From Phallusia mammillata (Eukaryota), in the NCBI GenBank assembly GCA_965637545.1, contig OZ281494.1, forward strand, positions 21,886,001 to 21,950,000: 64,000 nucleotides of DNA, read 5' to 3'. Position 1 is the stretch's first letter. Each line of letters starts with the position of its first letter. The notes under the pieces were generated by a model, which ran no database searches, had not been told where the DNA came from, and saw only the letters and a list, made by a program, of their open reading frames with translations. Of the stretch, positions 25,023 through 38,719 are shown one piece after another. Position numbers and translations under genes: made by a program.

Positions 25023-26576
25023 TATTATTTTCTGACATGTAAAAACTCAATGTGGCAATACAAATTTTTGATCAAACAACTATACGTTCATCATATATTG
25101 TCACCCGATTTTTGTATTCTCTTAATGATACCTAATAGTGGTTTTGTCAACAAGTCTATCGCAGTCGCTTCATTTCAAAACCTTGAAAGGTTCCCGCGAG
25201 GTAGAATGTTAAATACATTACAGACGTATCATTATTACGCAAAAATACGATTGCAGTGAAAAACAAGATTTAGTGGTAGAAGTGACACAAAGTTTCAGTG
25301 CTCTCAGTCTGCTTTGGTACGAAAAAGGTTTCATGTGGTAACAACAACACCCAAAGTGCACTCATGCAAAACCAAATGACGAGGAGTTAAGTGAACTTAG
25401 CAGAAGTTGGTCGCGAAAGTCAACATCTGATTGGAAACCGAGCCATTCGCGGACAAACAGAGCTCACCTTGTGTTTGCCTTTAGGAGCAAGGAGCGCTCA
25501 TTAAAAGGAAACCACAAACATGTTGAAAGAAAGGGAGCGGCGCCCCGTGGGCACTAGAGCTGAACGGAATGTTGTTCGCTGGTTAAACGACTGCCTGTAC
25601 TGAGATTAACATCCATGTGTCAGTATGCCTTGTAATCAGTGGCGCTCAGTGGGTTTGTACAAAACAGGTCATCTCTGATTTGGGCGTTGTTCTTAGTGAT
25701 CTGAGCATTGTACATTTAGCATTGTGCCCAATTATTAAACTGTGCACTTTAGTGAGACTTGTTAAAAACTTGTATGCTTTTCAGGTTGATATTTGGCATC
25801 TGTCATATTGCCCCAGGTAATATACTTTTACGTTGTGCGTTGCCTTAACAAAAAATTCTAAGTGTCAAATCTAGATCAAAGTTGTTGCAGAGACAGGTTG
25901 GAAAAATTAGCAAAAACTGGTGATGCTGTGACTGTGCTACATTGTGCGATATTTTTTCGCTGAGTCTGCGGTTTTTGAGGAATTTTCTGCACACTTGCAG
26001 TCCAATTAACTGTGTTTGCGTTGTAACTCTATCTCGATTCCAGTACAATTTTTGTGAAATGTCAAATGTTTTCTTTCTAAATTAGTGAGTGCAGCAATAA
26101 TTCAGTTCGGCACTGCTAACTTTGTTTCGAAAAGGTTGTTTAGATTTACTTCGGCGTGTGTGGCCAAAATTTTTTTATGGTTTTATCTGGCGAAGTGAAC
26201 TGAGTTATTGCGTAAGATAGGTCACTGGGTATCTTATTTTAGTGCACAGCGGGTCTAATCCATTTATGTTTTGAGGTCAGTCCTACAAAGACGTTTTAAA
26301 TGTGGAAAAATACGTTTGAAGTAGTATTTCGACGGGGTGGTCCAACTTAGTAGGTTATATTCAGTAATTGCAATGTCAGATTTAAAGTTAAGGCATGCTG
26401 GTGAGAAAAAATGATGTGGTTTGTCACTTCCCCAGGGAGTACGAGCGTATTAAAGGTTAAAAACCCGTTTGTCATTGCAGAGAATATACAAATTTCGGAA
26501 AACAAAATCGGTGTGTTTCTGCTACAGAAATGTTTTAAGAACCATTTTTCGGATATATACACAATACAATCCCCTT

Positions 26577-26790
26577 GGGGTTCGAATGGGTTCGAATCCC
26601 ACCGCAGGCTAGATTTTTCTAGCTTACGCCTTGACATATGGTGGTGAATGCTTGGTGACCGTCTGATTCGGTATGACGCCTTTAATGGGCCTGGCGTACT
26701 GTGATTGATATATGAGTGTGCCGTGATCGCTGGTCTGCATCGACGCTTCAGGGCTGATCCCAGTTATGAATTTATGTTCATCTTAACTGA
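26577..26790 (+). mobile_element. 5'-truncated tRNA-derived SINE
   Basis: B-box GGGTTCGAATCCC with GGGTTCGAAT duplicated at the 5' junction; flanked by ATACAAT(A)CCCCTT direct repeats at 26564 and 26790. Confidence 0.6.
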
Positions 26791-27147
26791 TACAATACCC
26801 CTTAGCAAGTCTTATTTACAATACCCCTTACTCATAGTCTTTAGTTTAGTAGTCACCACGAAGAATACATGTTGTCCTTTGCCCTGCGGGTCATCAGAAA
26901 AGGATTTATTCAACCCAGTTTCAACTTTGTGGACATAGGTAAACTGACCTGCTGGTTACATACCAAAGCGTCGCGATATTTTGGTAGTTCGTTTACGATG
27001 GGCCTTTGAGATTGACCGTTCAATACCTTTCTGTTTGGATTTTACAAAACACTATCAAGTTTAATGATTTTCTGTTGCTGTTTATTTTGAGTGTTTAGAA
27101 TAATTGCCACTAAATTTGAAGTTTTCAACAAATAAAACCATTTATAC

Positions 27148-27359
27148 CAGCAGTTCTCAAACTCGGTTTTCGGGGCCGCATGCGGCTCCCAACTATACTT
27201 ATTTTGCGGCTCGCACCAGACCTCAGAAAACCACCAAACATTGCTATTTTAGCTTTCAAAGTCATCTTCTTTAGTGATTTTCTCAAGGTTTCGTTTTTTT
27301 CCCTACACACTTAAAAAATACCATTTGGCCCCGACAATAAAAAAGTTTGAGAACCACTG
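27148..27359 (-). mobile_element. hAT (Buster/Charlie-like) MITE, same family as 12972-13188
   Basis: TIRs CAGCAGTTCTCAAACT and AGTTTGAGAACCACTG, perfect TSD ATTTATAC. Confidence 0.95.
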
Positions 27360-27852
27360 ATTTATACTTAGTTCGTTGACTTTATCGTAACCTTTAGTCC
27401 GAAGGAAAGTAAGAAAGTCGAGAGCTTAAGCAAGATACAATTTTTGCAGAATGTGGGAGCAGTATCACCGTTTTGGAACGGGTCGTCAAATTGATTTCCT
27501 GACGATCGCCTTAACCTTTCGAATTATTCATATAATTTTGTTGAATTACGCATACGTTTGGCGTCAATCGTACGTTTGGTGAGCTTTTATATCAGAACAA
27601 CCGGTTTTAAAATGCAATAGGGCTTGTAAATATGAACGTGATTTATCAGCGCGCAAAATTTTATTGGTAGTGATGTTGTAAAATCTCTTAACAATAAAAT
27701 AATTTCTGAGATATACGTAAATCACACTTTGCTTGGTAATCCACGAAATACCAAGTTTTAGAACATTAATCTTTTTGTCTGTAGCCAACGTTTAGCGGGC
27801 ATTTTTTTCGTTGAATGCGCAACCTAATGGGCAATATATCATTCTTTTCGGC

Positions 27853-28168
27853 CAGTGGTTCTCAAACTTATACTGGTTGTGTACCACCGGGCAAATTTTT
27901 CTGTCGCTGTGTACCACCTAAATCTTGTTTGAATGGGTAGACCAAGAGTTCTTGACTGCACTAGCTAATTTATGAAACCAGCATGTTAGCAATTCCTAAA
28001 AAACGTTCTAGACGTTATTCTGCAAAAAAACAGGGCTGATCAGTTGAATCAGTTGAGCAGCAATTTTTTATTTGGCTTAAATTAAGTATAGCAGAAAGCT
28101 ACTCGCGTACCACCTGAAAAGGCCTGATGTACCACCAATGGTCGTGTACCACAGTTTGAGAACCAATG
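27853..28168 (+). mobile_element. hAT MITE, same family as 41229-41547
   Basis: TIR CAGTGGTTCTCAAACT, flanked by TTTTCGGC and TTTTAGGT; internal GTACCAC repeats. Confidence 0.9.
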
Positions 28169-28176
28169 TTTTAGGT

Positions 28177-29073
28177 CAGGGGTGGCCAACCCACGGCTCG
28201 CGAGCCGCATGCGGCTCTTCGTCTGGTTTTATGCGGCTCTTACGTCGTTGTCGAAGTTTGGGGGCACTGTGTATATTTTGGTTAGTATGTCGCAATCTGG
28301 TACACAAATCGTGAAATGTAATGTAAAGCTTTAACAATTTTGCTTTTGAACAAACTTATTATCGGTATGGCCACAAATGGTAACCTTGCCTTAAAACTGC
28401 AACCTTATATGGCAATAATGGCTTGATTATGATGGCATATTTTCAATTGTTGAACAATGAATGATTGGTCATTGTTGCGTACAATGCGAATGAGACACAA
28501 AGCAACAGCAATATTTAGAACAAATATGCAAATGTGTTCCAAAATAAAAAAATGCTTCAATCCGTTGTTTTTCGGGTTATGACGAACGTTATATTTTATG
28601 GGCAGTTTTTCTTGGGTTTGAATTGAGCGATTGTTAGTGGTGAATGCATTAGTGACGTCGCAATGAATTTAGTTTCGCCACTTGGCATTTTTGTAAAACT
28701 CGGCGCCTAAGAGAAATAAGGTCTTAGTAATTCATCAGACATGAATCTCACCGCACGCTATTGATAGAATGAGAAAAAAGAGCATATTTTAATCATTATG
28801 TTTTTGTTTGTGGGATTCGTTGAAATGGGGGTTTTGTGTAAGAGGCAGTGTATTCTATTTACTATTGAAAACTGGCACGTGGTCTGTACTAGTCAAATTG
28901 TGTCGTTAATACGTTGGTGTGCGACATTTAGAATAATTCTGGGTAAGCACAGGTCTCTGTGTTTGAGGAAGGGACGAGGCAACGAACATGTGTGCTAGTG
29001 TGTATAATGTGGCTCTTTGTGGAAACACAGTAAAGAATGTGGCTCTTAGGCTTTGACCGGTTGGCCACCCCTG
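28177..29073. mobile_element. hAT non-autonomous element, tandem with the previous MITE
   Basis: TIR CAGGGGTGGCCAACC, flanked by TTTTAGGT and TTTTAGGC; subterminal GCGGCTC/TGGCTC repeats. Confidence 0.9.
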
Positions 29074-32000
29074 TTTTAGGCCATTGTTGACTAAAAAATA
29101 TGGAAGTTTGAAATTTACCTACAGTGGGCAAAAACTTTTACTTACACTGACAAACGATTCCATCGTTTAGAGGTGAAGTTGTATATACAGTAAATGTCTC
29201 CTGTTCGTTAACGCCGATGTATGGCAACAAGTCTGATTGAATGCCAATTTTTTCTGTCGTTAAACTTATGATTATATGATAATGTTTTTCAAATACTTAA
29301 AAAAACGTTACCTATAGTACCATATGTCGTCCGTTTTTTTATATTCAACAAGTTTTTTGGCTTGTGTCCAAGAAATATATCCCGTTTAGGAAAAGGTTTC
29401 AATGGATATAAATACCAAAACCTTCGTCATTAGACATATGGCGACTTTTTACCATTGGATTTAAGTAAGTTTTATTTTTCAAAAGCGTTACGAATTTTGA
29501 TAAAAATATTGACAATATGTTTTAAGCGAATGACATAACAAATGCTTTTCTATTTCCCTAATGCGGCATGCATTATGAGTTTTGCATTCAGTAACCTGTC
29601 GCCATTTTGCTTCTAGGGCGTAACAGTCGTATTAATAACCTGTAGTCCGCGATACGTTATTTCAGAGTTGAGTGCTGTTGCTGCCGTAGTCATGATTTTC
29701 ACTTACTGCTATTCGCGTTTCCCAATTGGGATAAGAACCTCTTTTGTAACGCTAATGTTGATCCCTAATTGCCATAGAAACGTGTAACCGTCGTTGTGTA
29801 TAAAGTAGGCTTATTATTGTAAAAGTTGCCGGAGTCAAATTCCTGGTATGGTTTTTGATGCATCGTAAAAATAAGTAACATGTGAAAATCGTAGTATTTG
29901 CTGTGTGTTTAACTTTCACAAAATGCACATGTTTAAGTGCTTACAGCTTTTGCGTTTGTTGAATAGCTCTAATTTGCAAAAACCCTTCGTTTTCTAGGCA
30001 CATTTTTTAAAAAGGTAGAGACAGTGTGGTTGTTATACAACACAACAGTTACCAATGGACTGTGATTGCCCACATGGATTTTAAGGACGCACAGCTTGAC
30101 TTTCAAAAACGTTAGTCAGACACTTCATCGTTTGATGACTTCCAGCTGCTGCCAAATGACCTTTCGTTTAACGTCAGGACCTGACTGCGAGTTGTCCAGT
30201 TTCGCCTTCGCCACTTGTTATTCGACGTCCGTAAAAGGCCCCAATGCTTGACTGGTCAAGCATTTTTACTAATGGACTATGGAAGCGCCACTTAAAAGAT
30301 TTCGTGTTCACCAACTCGATTCAGTATTCTTAAAGTAAGTTTCAGTTAGTCCACTATGAAATTAGAGACACCTACACCTAATTCACAATAAGAACAGATT
30401 ACTAAAATGCTACCAGTGCTCCAGTGAAACTTTTAATAAAATACGACGACAATTTCATTTACGTTTTGTCTGTTCGTATATGATTGGATTGGCAGATATT
30501 CTACGATAGGAATCGAAGGATGCCAAAGCGAACTGTTTCCTGAATTTTTTATGATTCGGACCAGTGTGATATGTAGTGGTTGCAGCGCTGTCGTTTGTAA
30601 TCTACACACAAAACACAAGAAGTACGTTGCGTGAAATGTTGCAAAATAATTATTAACCGAGTGATCGCCATATTTGAAATCCAATCCACAAGAAAACTAG
30701 AAAACCAGGCATTTGAAAAGGCCAAACCGTCTAATTCGCTCCCTGTCGACCAATGTTTGCCAACCATTGATCTCTGTAAACATGGCCTTTAAGATGTTTC
30801 ACCTTTCACCGCCGTTATTTGTAACGATGGTTGGACTATAAGGCAAATTTATGAGGCAAATTTGTAAGTTATAAGGCAAATTTGATTCTTACCCCTGCTC
30901 TACTTATTGGTTGTAAAGGTTTTGTCTGCTTACATTTGATTTCTTGTTTTTAAGTGCTTTCTTTTTGATAAATACTCACTTACTTTTACGTATTCTCACT
31001 TCGATTTGCTGGTTGGGCACAATTTGTGGTTAAACATCAGAGAAAATTGTTTAACCAAACTGCCCTTGTATTATGCAAAATCCATTGTAATGTTTGGGAT
31101 TAAAAAAAATCCGATTAGCGTTTATATTGAAAAACGATAACCTTACATCGGCACTTAAGCCTGGGGCGCTAATTCTTAAAATTATTCCGCTACGAGCTAA
31201 ACCAACGGAATTAGAAGATTTTTGCCACTGATTATCGGTATTATAAGGTTTTCGCGTGTCGTTTTGAGACTATTTCAACGTTTGCGAAGGTCAATGGTAT
31301 CACAATTTGCCAGGACATAGCGTCATATTGTGCACTGAAGTAAAGGGCGTTCAACGCCAATATAGAATTTCCAACTTAAATGCATGGTCATCTGAATATT
31401 TTTCAACAGTGTGTTTTAAAAACATCAGTTAGTCATTTTTATCCCGCTCGATCTTTACCTTTGGTGGAAAAACCAACAGCCTAAATAGCAATTTAAAATC
31501 GCTTATGAGCTGCTTTCTCGATTGCAGACATGTTGTAGGTTTCATTGAGGTACAAACTTTTAGGATTCATTTTAACAACCCTGTCTGTTTTACTGATATA
31601 CAGGAATTATGATACACCTACGAATGTCACAAACTTAATTTAGTTGAACATTCGATGCTATTGTAGGCGGCTAAATTCATTCATTGCTCCTTGACACGTT
31701 TGCTTCTGTCAATCCAAAGCACACTCTTTTGAGCGACCAAGCGAAAACTGTAGGTTAAACTTCAAAAACGTAAGGCCAACGTTTTTAAGAATACGGAATT
31801 GTGTGAATTTTTTGAGGCGACCAATCGTTACAAAGCATTAGTTACCTTAACTTTTGACTTAGTACATAACAGTACATACACAGTACATAACCTCGCGCCA
31901 ATAAACCAAAATTTAAAAGTTATAGAAAGGTTCTGCACTTTGAAATGTGAGATGTTGTACAGCTGCATGATCAAATACCTGCCAAAACGCGGGGCTGGTC

Positions 32001-35000
32001 TGCAATTGTATTTCAAGCTTCTTCGTATTCAGAAATGCCATTTTAAGTTTAAATACTATTCACGTCGTTTCCCTACTATACTATGTGGCAAAACCGTCCA
32101 AGCCTGAATGTTTGTCATATGATCGCTAGTACAGGCGTTGTAGTATTTACAATTCGTCTTTTACAAAAGGGAAACCAATGAGTAAGGTTCGGGCCCTGGC
32201 GATTTTATCACCGGACGTCCAACTCAAGGGAATTGCTTTATGGTCGAGTGCTTTGGCGACGATGCATGGAAGTTTCAGACAAAGAGAAAATAGTTGAAAA
32301 AAACGCTTGTTGTGCAGCAAAATGGCGACGATCTGGTAGTAAAAATGTCAACACGCTATAAATAGACTTAATTATCAATTGTTATGATAAACTTTTGTTA
32401 ATAAACAACACTTGCTAACTGATTTAGGGTTAGTGTAAATAGTTATTTCGGGCTTCAATGGACTCAACTTTTCGTCCTTTACGCTGTCTCCACTTCAACT
32501 TCGATTTTTTTCATTTGTTTGAATCATCTTGTTTCAACACAACGATACGGTCAATACAGAATGTCTACGTTTCAATATAAAATTTCTTTGATGTTTGTAA
32601 AATGATCAAAGTTAATATAGAGGAGTAAGAGAAAACTTGAAACCGTGATCGGTTGGTTAGTGTACCTTCGTACCGGTAATAAAAAATTAAATGCCATGGT
32701 TATAGGACGTATTTAGCTAGCAAGCAAAATAAAGAATAAATTACGTGTGTGCGAACATGAAGAATAACTTCCTCAGACCCTCGCAAACTTGCTACTAGCT
32801 CCACTACAGATGACTGTTTCTTCATGAAAACGTTTTTTTTTTTTTGCTTGACATTGTAAAAATGGGCGACTAACTGTGTTTTTATTACTCGCTGTTAACA
32901 ACTCGTTCAGCGCATTTGAAAACAAACGTATGCTAAAGGAACCACTTTCCTAACATCAGCCATTACTTACCGGATGTGTTTTTCTAATTTGCTTTAAATT
33001 AACAAAAGGTGTGCGGTTAACTACCGTAACTACCGTACGAAAAACACATTCTGTAAAACACATACACTTTGGCTAATGACTCCACGTCATCAGGAGTTTC
33101 GTTCATAAACACACTGAAGGCTGAACCGTGTAGGTTTTCACGTGTTTCCGGGCCATGTTTTTAACCGTATATTGACTATACTCCCTACTGATGACAGAAC
33201 AAAATTTAAATCACAAATTTATGCAAGAATTGGATGCAATGGAACGAATTTAATGATTCTGTTACAACATAACTGATAAAAACGGGTTTCTTTAAAACTA
33301 GCCGTTGAGGTGTGTTTTAACGATGACTAATTTGCATCATTTTTGGGCCATGTAATTTTTTGGACAAGAAAAGGGACATAAGTTATATATGTGTATAATA
33401 GTTGATACTGCTGGTATTGTTTAATGGGAATTGCCAAAAACTTAAAACACGCTTCTTGTCGCAAAACATAACACAATCACGGCAAGATACACAAACACAT
33501 GATCTCGCACTTTTACAGCTGTCCAAAGTTAAAACTTTTCATTGTAATTACAACACAAAATGATACCCGATCTAGGGCTCAAAAGACATGCAATGCTGGT
33601 CTTTAATTCAGTCGTATGCGGCCTAAATGAAAACGATGTCCAAACGTCGAATAAATTAAAATTTGTCTTCTATTCCCTTCGGATAAACTGAATCATGCTG
33701 TGAGGATTTGAGGTGTAAAAGGTGTTTTTGGTGTAAAGTTTGTGATTTATATGCGTTTGCCAACAATTTGCTTTCTTGCTACGGTATATATTTGAAATGG
33801 TTTACTGATGTTTTGATCATTTTTTAGCCTTTCTAGCTTCGTGTCCATAATGCTGGAAGTATGCCCAAGATATTTCATTCAACTTTTGTTTGTAGTTAGA
33901 GTTGCTGGTCTCGTATGATTCACGGTCCCCACACGTATTCGGTAGTTTATTTGGTAGCGACGTTTTTGTTATATTTGGAAAAATATTTTTTTTTTTCGAA
34001 AAAGCTCTTCGGCTAATTGATTTGTAAAGTTTATTGTTCATTCAAGATTCCAGTAGATCCCGAATTTACAAAAAAAAACAGTCGTAAAACTTCTACATGC
34101 TCAAATTAACGTACAAACAGGCTGCGAGTACGTAAACGAAAGAAATAGTTGTGAAAATTGTAGAGTACGTAACAAAATCTCATCTTGTTGTTGCAGAAAA
34201 TTTAAGTATTGAAACATTGATGTGGTTATGTCAATTCCATTACCATTCGCAAGACAGACAAAATAATTCAAAGAAACATCCAGTGCGGATTTGAACTGCA
34301 TTATCACCGCCTTACGTAGTTTGTGTAAGTATAAACGCTTTTTAAATTTAAAATAAATGAAAGCAACTCAAAAATATTGTCGAAACTTCACCACGAAACG
34401 TGAGAATGTAAATTTCGTAATATATGATCATTAGTTTTAAGTTTCGTTTAATTTTTTTTACTGCCAGACGATGTTTTTGAATTATTATTGTGTCATATTC
34501 AGTTCGCATTCATCATTAATTTGCTTTGTGTTACGGTTCAAATAACATATACGCTTGCATCGTTGTACTTACATGCTTTAATGCATTTCAAACAGGGCTG
34601 TGGAATTGCTCAATTTAACAAATTTAAAATGATCCCGTTAACCCCTGCCTCTAAAAAACACGACCCTTAAATCCTCCCAAATCCCTATTTTTTGCGCTGC
34701 GCCATTAACTGCCCTTCGGAAATTGTCTATTCATGTGGATGTTTGTTGTTGTTAAGCTGCATCATGGTTTTAAATATGCGCCATAATTATTCAAATAAAT
34801 GCGAATGGTAACTTTGACGCTCGCCGAGGAGCCTCACTATAGAATTTCGGATGTGATACGCTGATCACAGAATGAGCATTTGTTTAGAAGCTGTAACCAC
34901 GTGACTAAAATGGTTGCTGTTTAAAGGGAGATATTTAATTGATTTCAGGATCGCAAAATGACAATTTGTTTCTCTCTCTTTTTTACTTTTTAAAACTTAT

Positions 35001-37959
35001 TTCACAGTACTGCAATCTTCCACCTACTTTTACCAGTTTTTGAGCAGCCCGAAAACAACGTTATACTAAATGTGTTTGTGCACCATAGGTAACAAACAGG
35101 ATCGTTTATCGTATTTCATATTTTTTTTAGAACCTACCGCTATTGGAAATGTAGATTTGAAAACTGAAGCAGAAATCACGTCCATCAACAATCTGGCCTT
35201 TATATAACTGCAAGTTACTGGGTATTGGTCTTCTTCTACAAGCTACGATTAGCGTTTAACTACTTTATTAAGGCTTCAGATCGCCGTGTTATGGGTGGAA
35301 CGCGGTTTTGTACAACTAAACGTAACTTGCCCTCAGGCAGAACGTCGAATTCTCGGCTCAGTTTTAGAAGTTCATGTGTAACAAAAACATCTTTATTTTT
35401 GACTTTGCACTGTGTTGAACTCATATAGAATCCTAAAATTGGTGATTTATCTGTTGTTATTTCTTTAGCAGAACCCGAGTAAAGTGAGTAGTATTTACTA
35501 TTTACTACAAAAATCTTTAACTTTCAGTATCAACGAGACATTTTTTGAGATAAATAAACAAGTATGTTCGATGCAAGTTTTAATGAGTTTAATATGTAAA
35601 CCCCCGTAAACCACAGATTTTTGGCAACCTCAGGACATTTGCGAATTTGCTCAGCATGGACAATATATACCTAAGCACAGCTTCTATTTTATAGCCTATA
35701 CTAAATAAGTTTTTAGCACACTTACAAAAATTAAAATAATGTTGAGCATGCTTTTACAACGTAACATTTCTAACAACATGTTTCTAAAAAAAGAAAATTC
35801 ATTATTGGCATGAAAATGTTTAACAACTCAAACAGTAATTGAGAGTCATTTTGTCATTGCCTTGATTTCAGTAAATCAAGTTGTATGCAGAAACAGTTAT
35901 GTTTTTTTATTATTATTTCGGATTAATTTAATTTGCGCCACTTAGTATTTGAAGAAGATTACAAAATAGATAATAACGTTTTCCGACGATGATGTGCAAA
36001 ATGTTAGCAAAAGTTCCTGAGATTGCAAAATTCTACTTGGTCTCTTGCGACGTCTACCGACCACAAGTATATCACGCGTTATTTACATTATGTAATTTTA
36101 CAACGTGACAAAAAATCCCTTTCAGCACGCACGTTTCTTGCCAAAGGCTGATAAATTGTGAGATGAAATGGGCAAGTATCGTAAATTTCTACTGTGGAGT
36201 TTATCATTTTAGAAAAAACAATCAGTTACTAAACATCAGCATTCTCAAAACTTTTGGGACCAAGAAAAAAAACTAAAACAGTTATTGGCATTTATGTTAC
36301 GACGATAGTATGACAACAAATGTAATGTATGCAAGAAGTCAAGATTTTGTGCTCCACTAATGCGATTACCGACATTGAAAATATGTCATAAAAGGATATC
36401 TAACAAACAAAGATACTGTGTGTAGCAAAATGAACGACTAGCTATACGCAGCTTCACCATGGAAAAACATGGCGCAAGAATTCTTAAAAAAAAAGAATTT
36501 CAAAAAAGAAAGAAAAAGAATTCAACTGTTTTTTAGCAGAATAGGTCATCACTGCCTCTTTCTACAAAAAACCATCCACTTTTCGCTGTTAGTAATTTTA
36601 CCGATTTAGTCTGTATATAGTCTATAATTGCACATTATTGCTAACATCGGTTTCACCCCCATATCACCAGTCATGAACGGAAGACAAATCAAGAAATAAA
36701 TGTGACTGTGAGTGTACAATAGTTCGCTGGAAAACAAGTGACCAACACAGTTTGATATTTTGTGTTTTTTATAGTAGGCTAGAACTACATAATCGTTGAG
36801 TAACCAAAAAAGTCTTTACATTTTGCTCGATTTTTAGATCTGTGCAAATAAAATATTGCCTGGGCAAAAATAGATGAACTAGGCAAAAACTCTACTATAA
36901 CGATTTATTTATCTTTATCTGTTAAATATGCAGAGACGTAAAGTTTTATCTCAAATGCTTTTTTGTTTGTTTTTAGGACATAGAAAAACAATAAAACTTG
37001 GTAGGCTATTTCTGTTAATTTCTTCAGAAATTAGCTGGAACATAAAAAACGATTCGCTGGTTCGACATAGAAAACGAATATTTAACGATCAAAAACTAAA
37101 TTTTACGCAAAACATAAATAAATGATTTTTTTTGGTTCGGGTAAGAGAATAAAGACCCGGCCACTTCCGTCGCTTACGACTCTATTTAAAAATTAGAGAC
37201 AAATATCCCCAAAAATACAAGATCATGGCTGATCCTTAAATATTTTACCCCAAATGTTATCTTAGATTGGAATAAAACATTTAATATTTAAACCTGTTGG
37301 TACTGCGACTGAGGCGAAATTTGTTTCTAGCTTATTCTTAATAATTGTAAGCTTTTCGTTTGTATGCATAAACACCATTTTTAAGACTTGCCAAGTAGGT
37401 CTATTGGGCAAAATGGAGACGATCGAGAGGCAGAACAGTAACTTTGTTGTGAAATATGGCCCGATGGGCATTTTATATGACGTAATCGTTTTTTTAACAG
37501 TTTAATATGTCGCAACGCAAATTTAGTGCGTTTTAGGCATGGATTTATGGTCTAGCAAATTGAATAGTACGACTCAATGTGCATCAGCATTGAGTTTTTG
37601 CAATTTATTTAGGTCATTGCATATATTACAGACTGAAGTTTTAAAAAAATTGCATTAACCAAACAAGAAGTATTATGACGCCTACTAAAGTACGTCTTGG
37701 GTCCGGTTGTTTATGAAGACAAAAAGCTAAAAACCTACTATCAAGTGCGCTTCTGCAATTACGTTTTTACTTGGTTATAATTGAATGGATCTTATCATTG
37801 AAAGGACAAAACATTCCTAACACAAAAATGATGATGGGCGCCAGCACAGAAGGGCAATAGGGGACAATTGCTAATATCCCTGGCAACAACACTATATTTA
37901 TTATACGAAACGTTTTAAAATTCTCTTTTACTGACCCAGACTGCTAACAGATCTAGACA

Positions 37960-38719
37960 ATGAGAGAAATACAAATATGGTTTGGTTGGTGTCGTCTCGA
38001 TAGCCAGTTGCTAATGAGCAACTCGAGTAAACTTTGCTTGTGAAAGTGGCAAGTTCGATGATCAGATACCAGGTCCTACTGGTCCCCCAGAAAAACGAGG
38101 GCCCACAGGAATGACAGGACCACGTGGTTTACAGGGAGTAAAAAGAGAACCAGGGTCGAATAAATCTTGGAAATAGGATTTCCATAACCTGAAATTAAAA
38201 ATGGAAACCTTGGAGAGTAAACTCGAAATTGCTCTATGTTAGTTTATGTTTAATATTATCGTTGTTTGATCAGGTCCATTACACATCTTTATGTAGCCTA
38301 ATAAAATAGAATATGCAGTCATTGTTTTTAACAATATTTTTTACATTATCCTATTACAGCAAAGATTGATACAATGCAGCTGGCAAGTTGTGAAGATGCG
38401 CAAAGCAAAGGTTTTAACACAAGCAGAGTTTTTTCTCTATAGTCACCACTCTACTATCGGGAATACTCTGTGACATGCAATCAGACAACGGAGGAAGGCT
38501 GGTACATAAAACAATATCATTCGGTGTCCAAAAATTCTCAGTAACGAAATGTGAAAGAAAATCTTTAATAATATTTTTCATGTTAATATTATGTATAATT
38601 TAATCAAGTACTTTTCATGACAGTAGTTCAGATACGATATGATGGCTCAACTCAACTATAACGAGGTTGGAATGAATATGAAAGAGGATTTGGTTCACAT
38701 AAAGAAGAATACTGGATTG
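37960..38719 (+). pseudogene. Ficolin-like (short collagen + fibrinogen-related domain) pseudogene, 3 exons, 3'-truncated
   Basis: Exon ~37960-38237: IPGPTGPP(E)KRGPTGMTGPRGLQGVK(R)EPGSN with in-frame TAG at 38174. Exon 38360-38501: ASCEDAQSKGFNTS...VTCNQTTEEGW with TAG at 38440. Exon 38619-38719: TVVQIRYDGSTQL*RGWNEYERGFGSHKEEYWIG with TAA at 38659 and the acceptor reading CAT instead of CAG. These are N-terminal FReD motifs. Confidence 0.85.

Noticed and set aside
26588-26600. tRNA T-loop motif GGTTCGAATCCC as a tRNA gene
   Set aside because: No A-box, D-arm or cloverleaf; it is a SINE head.
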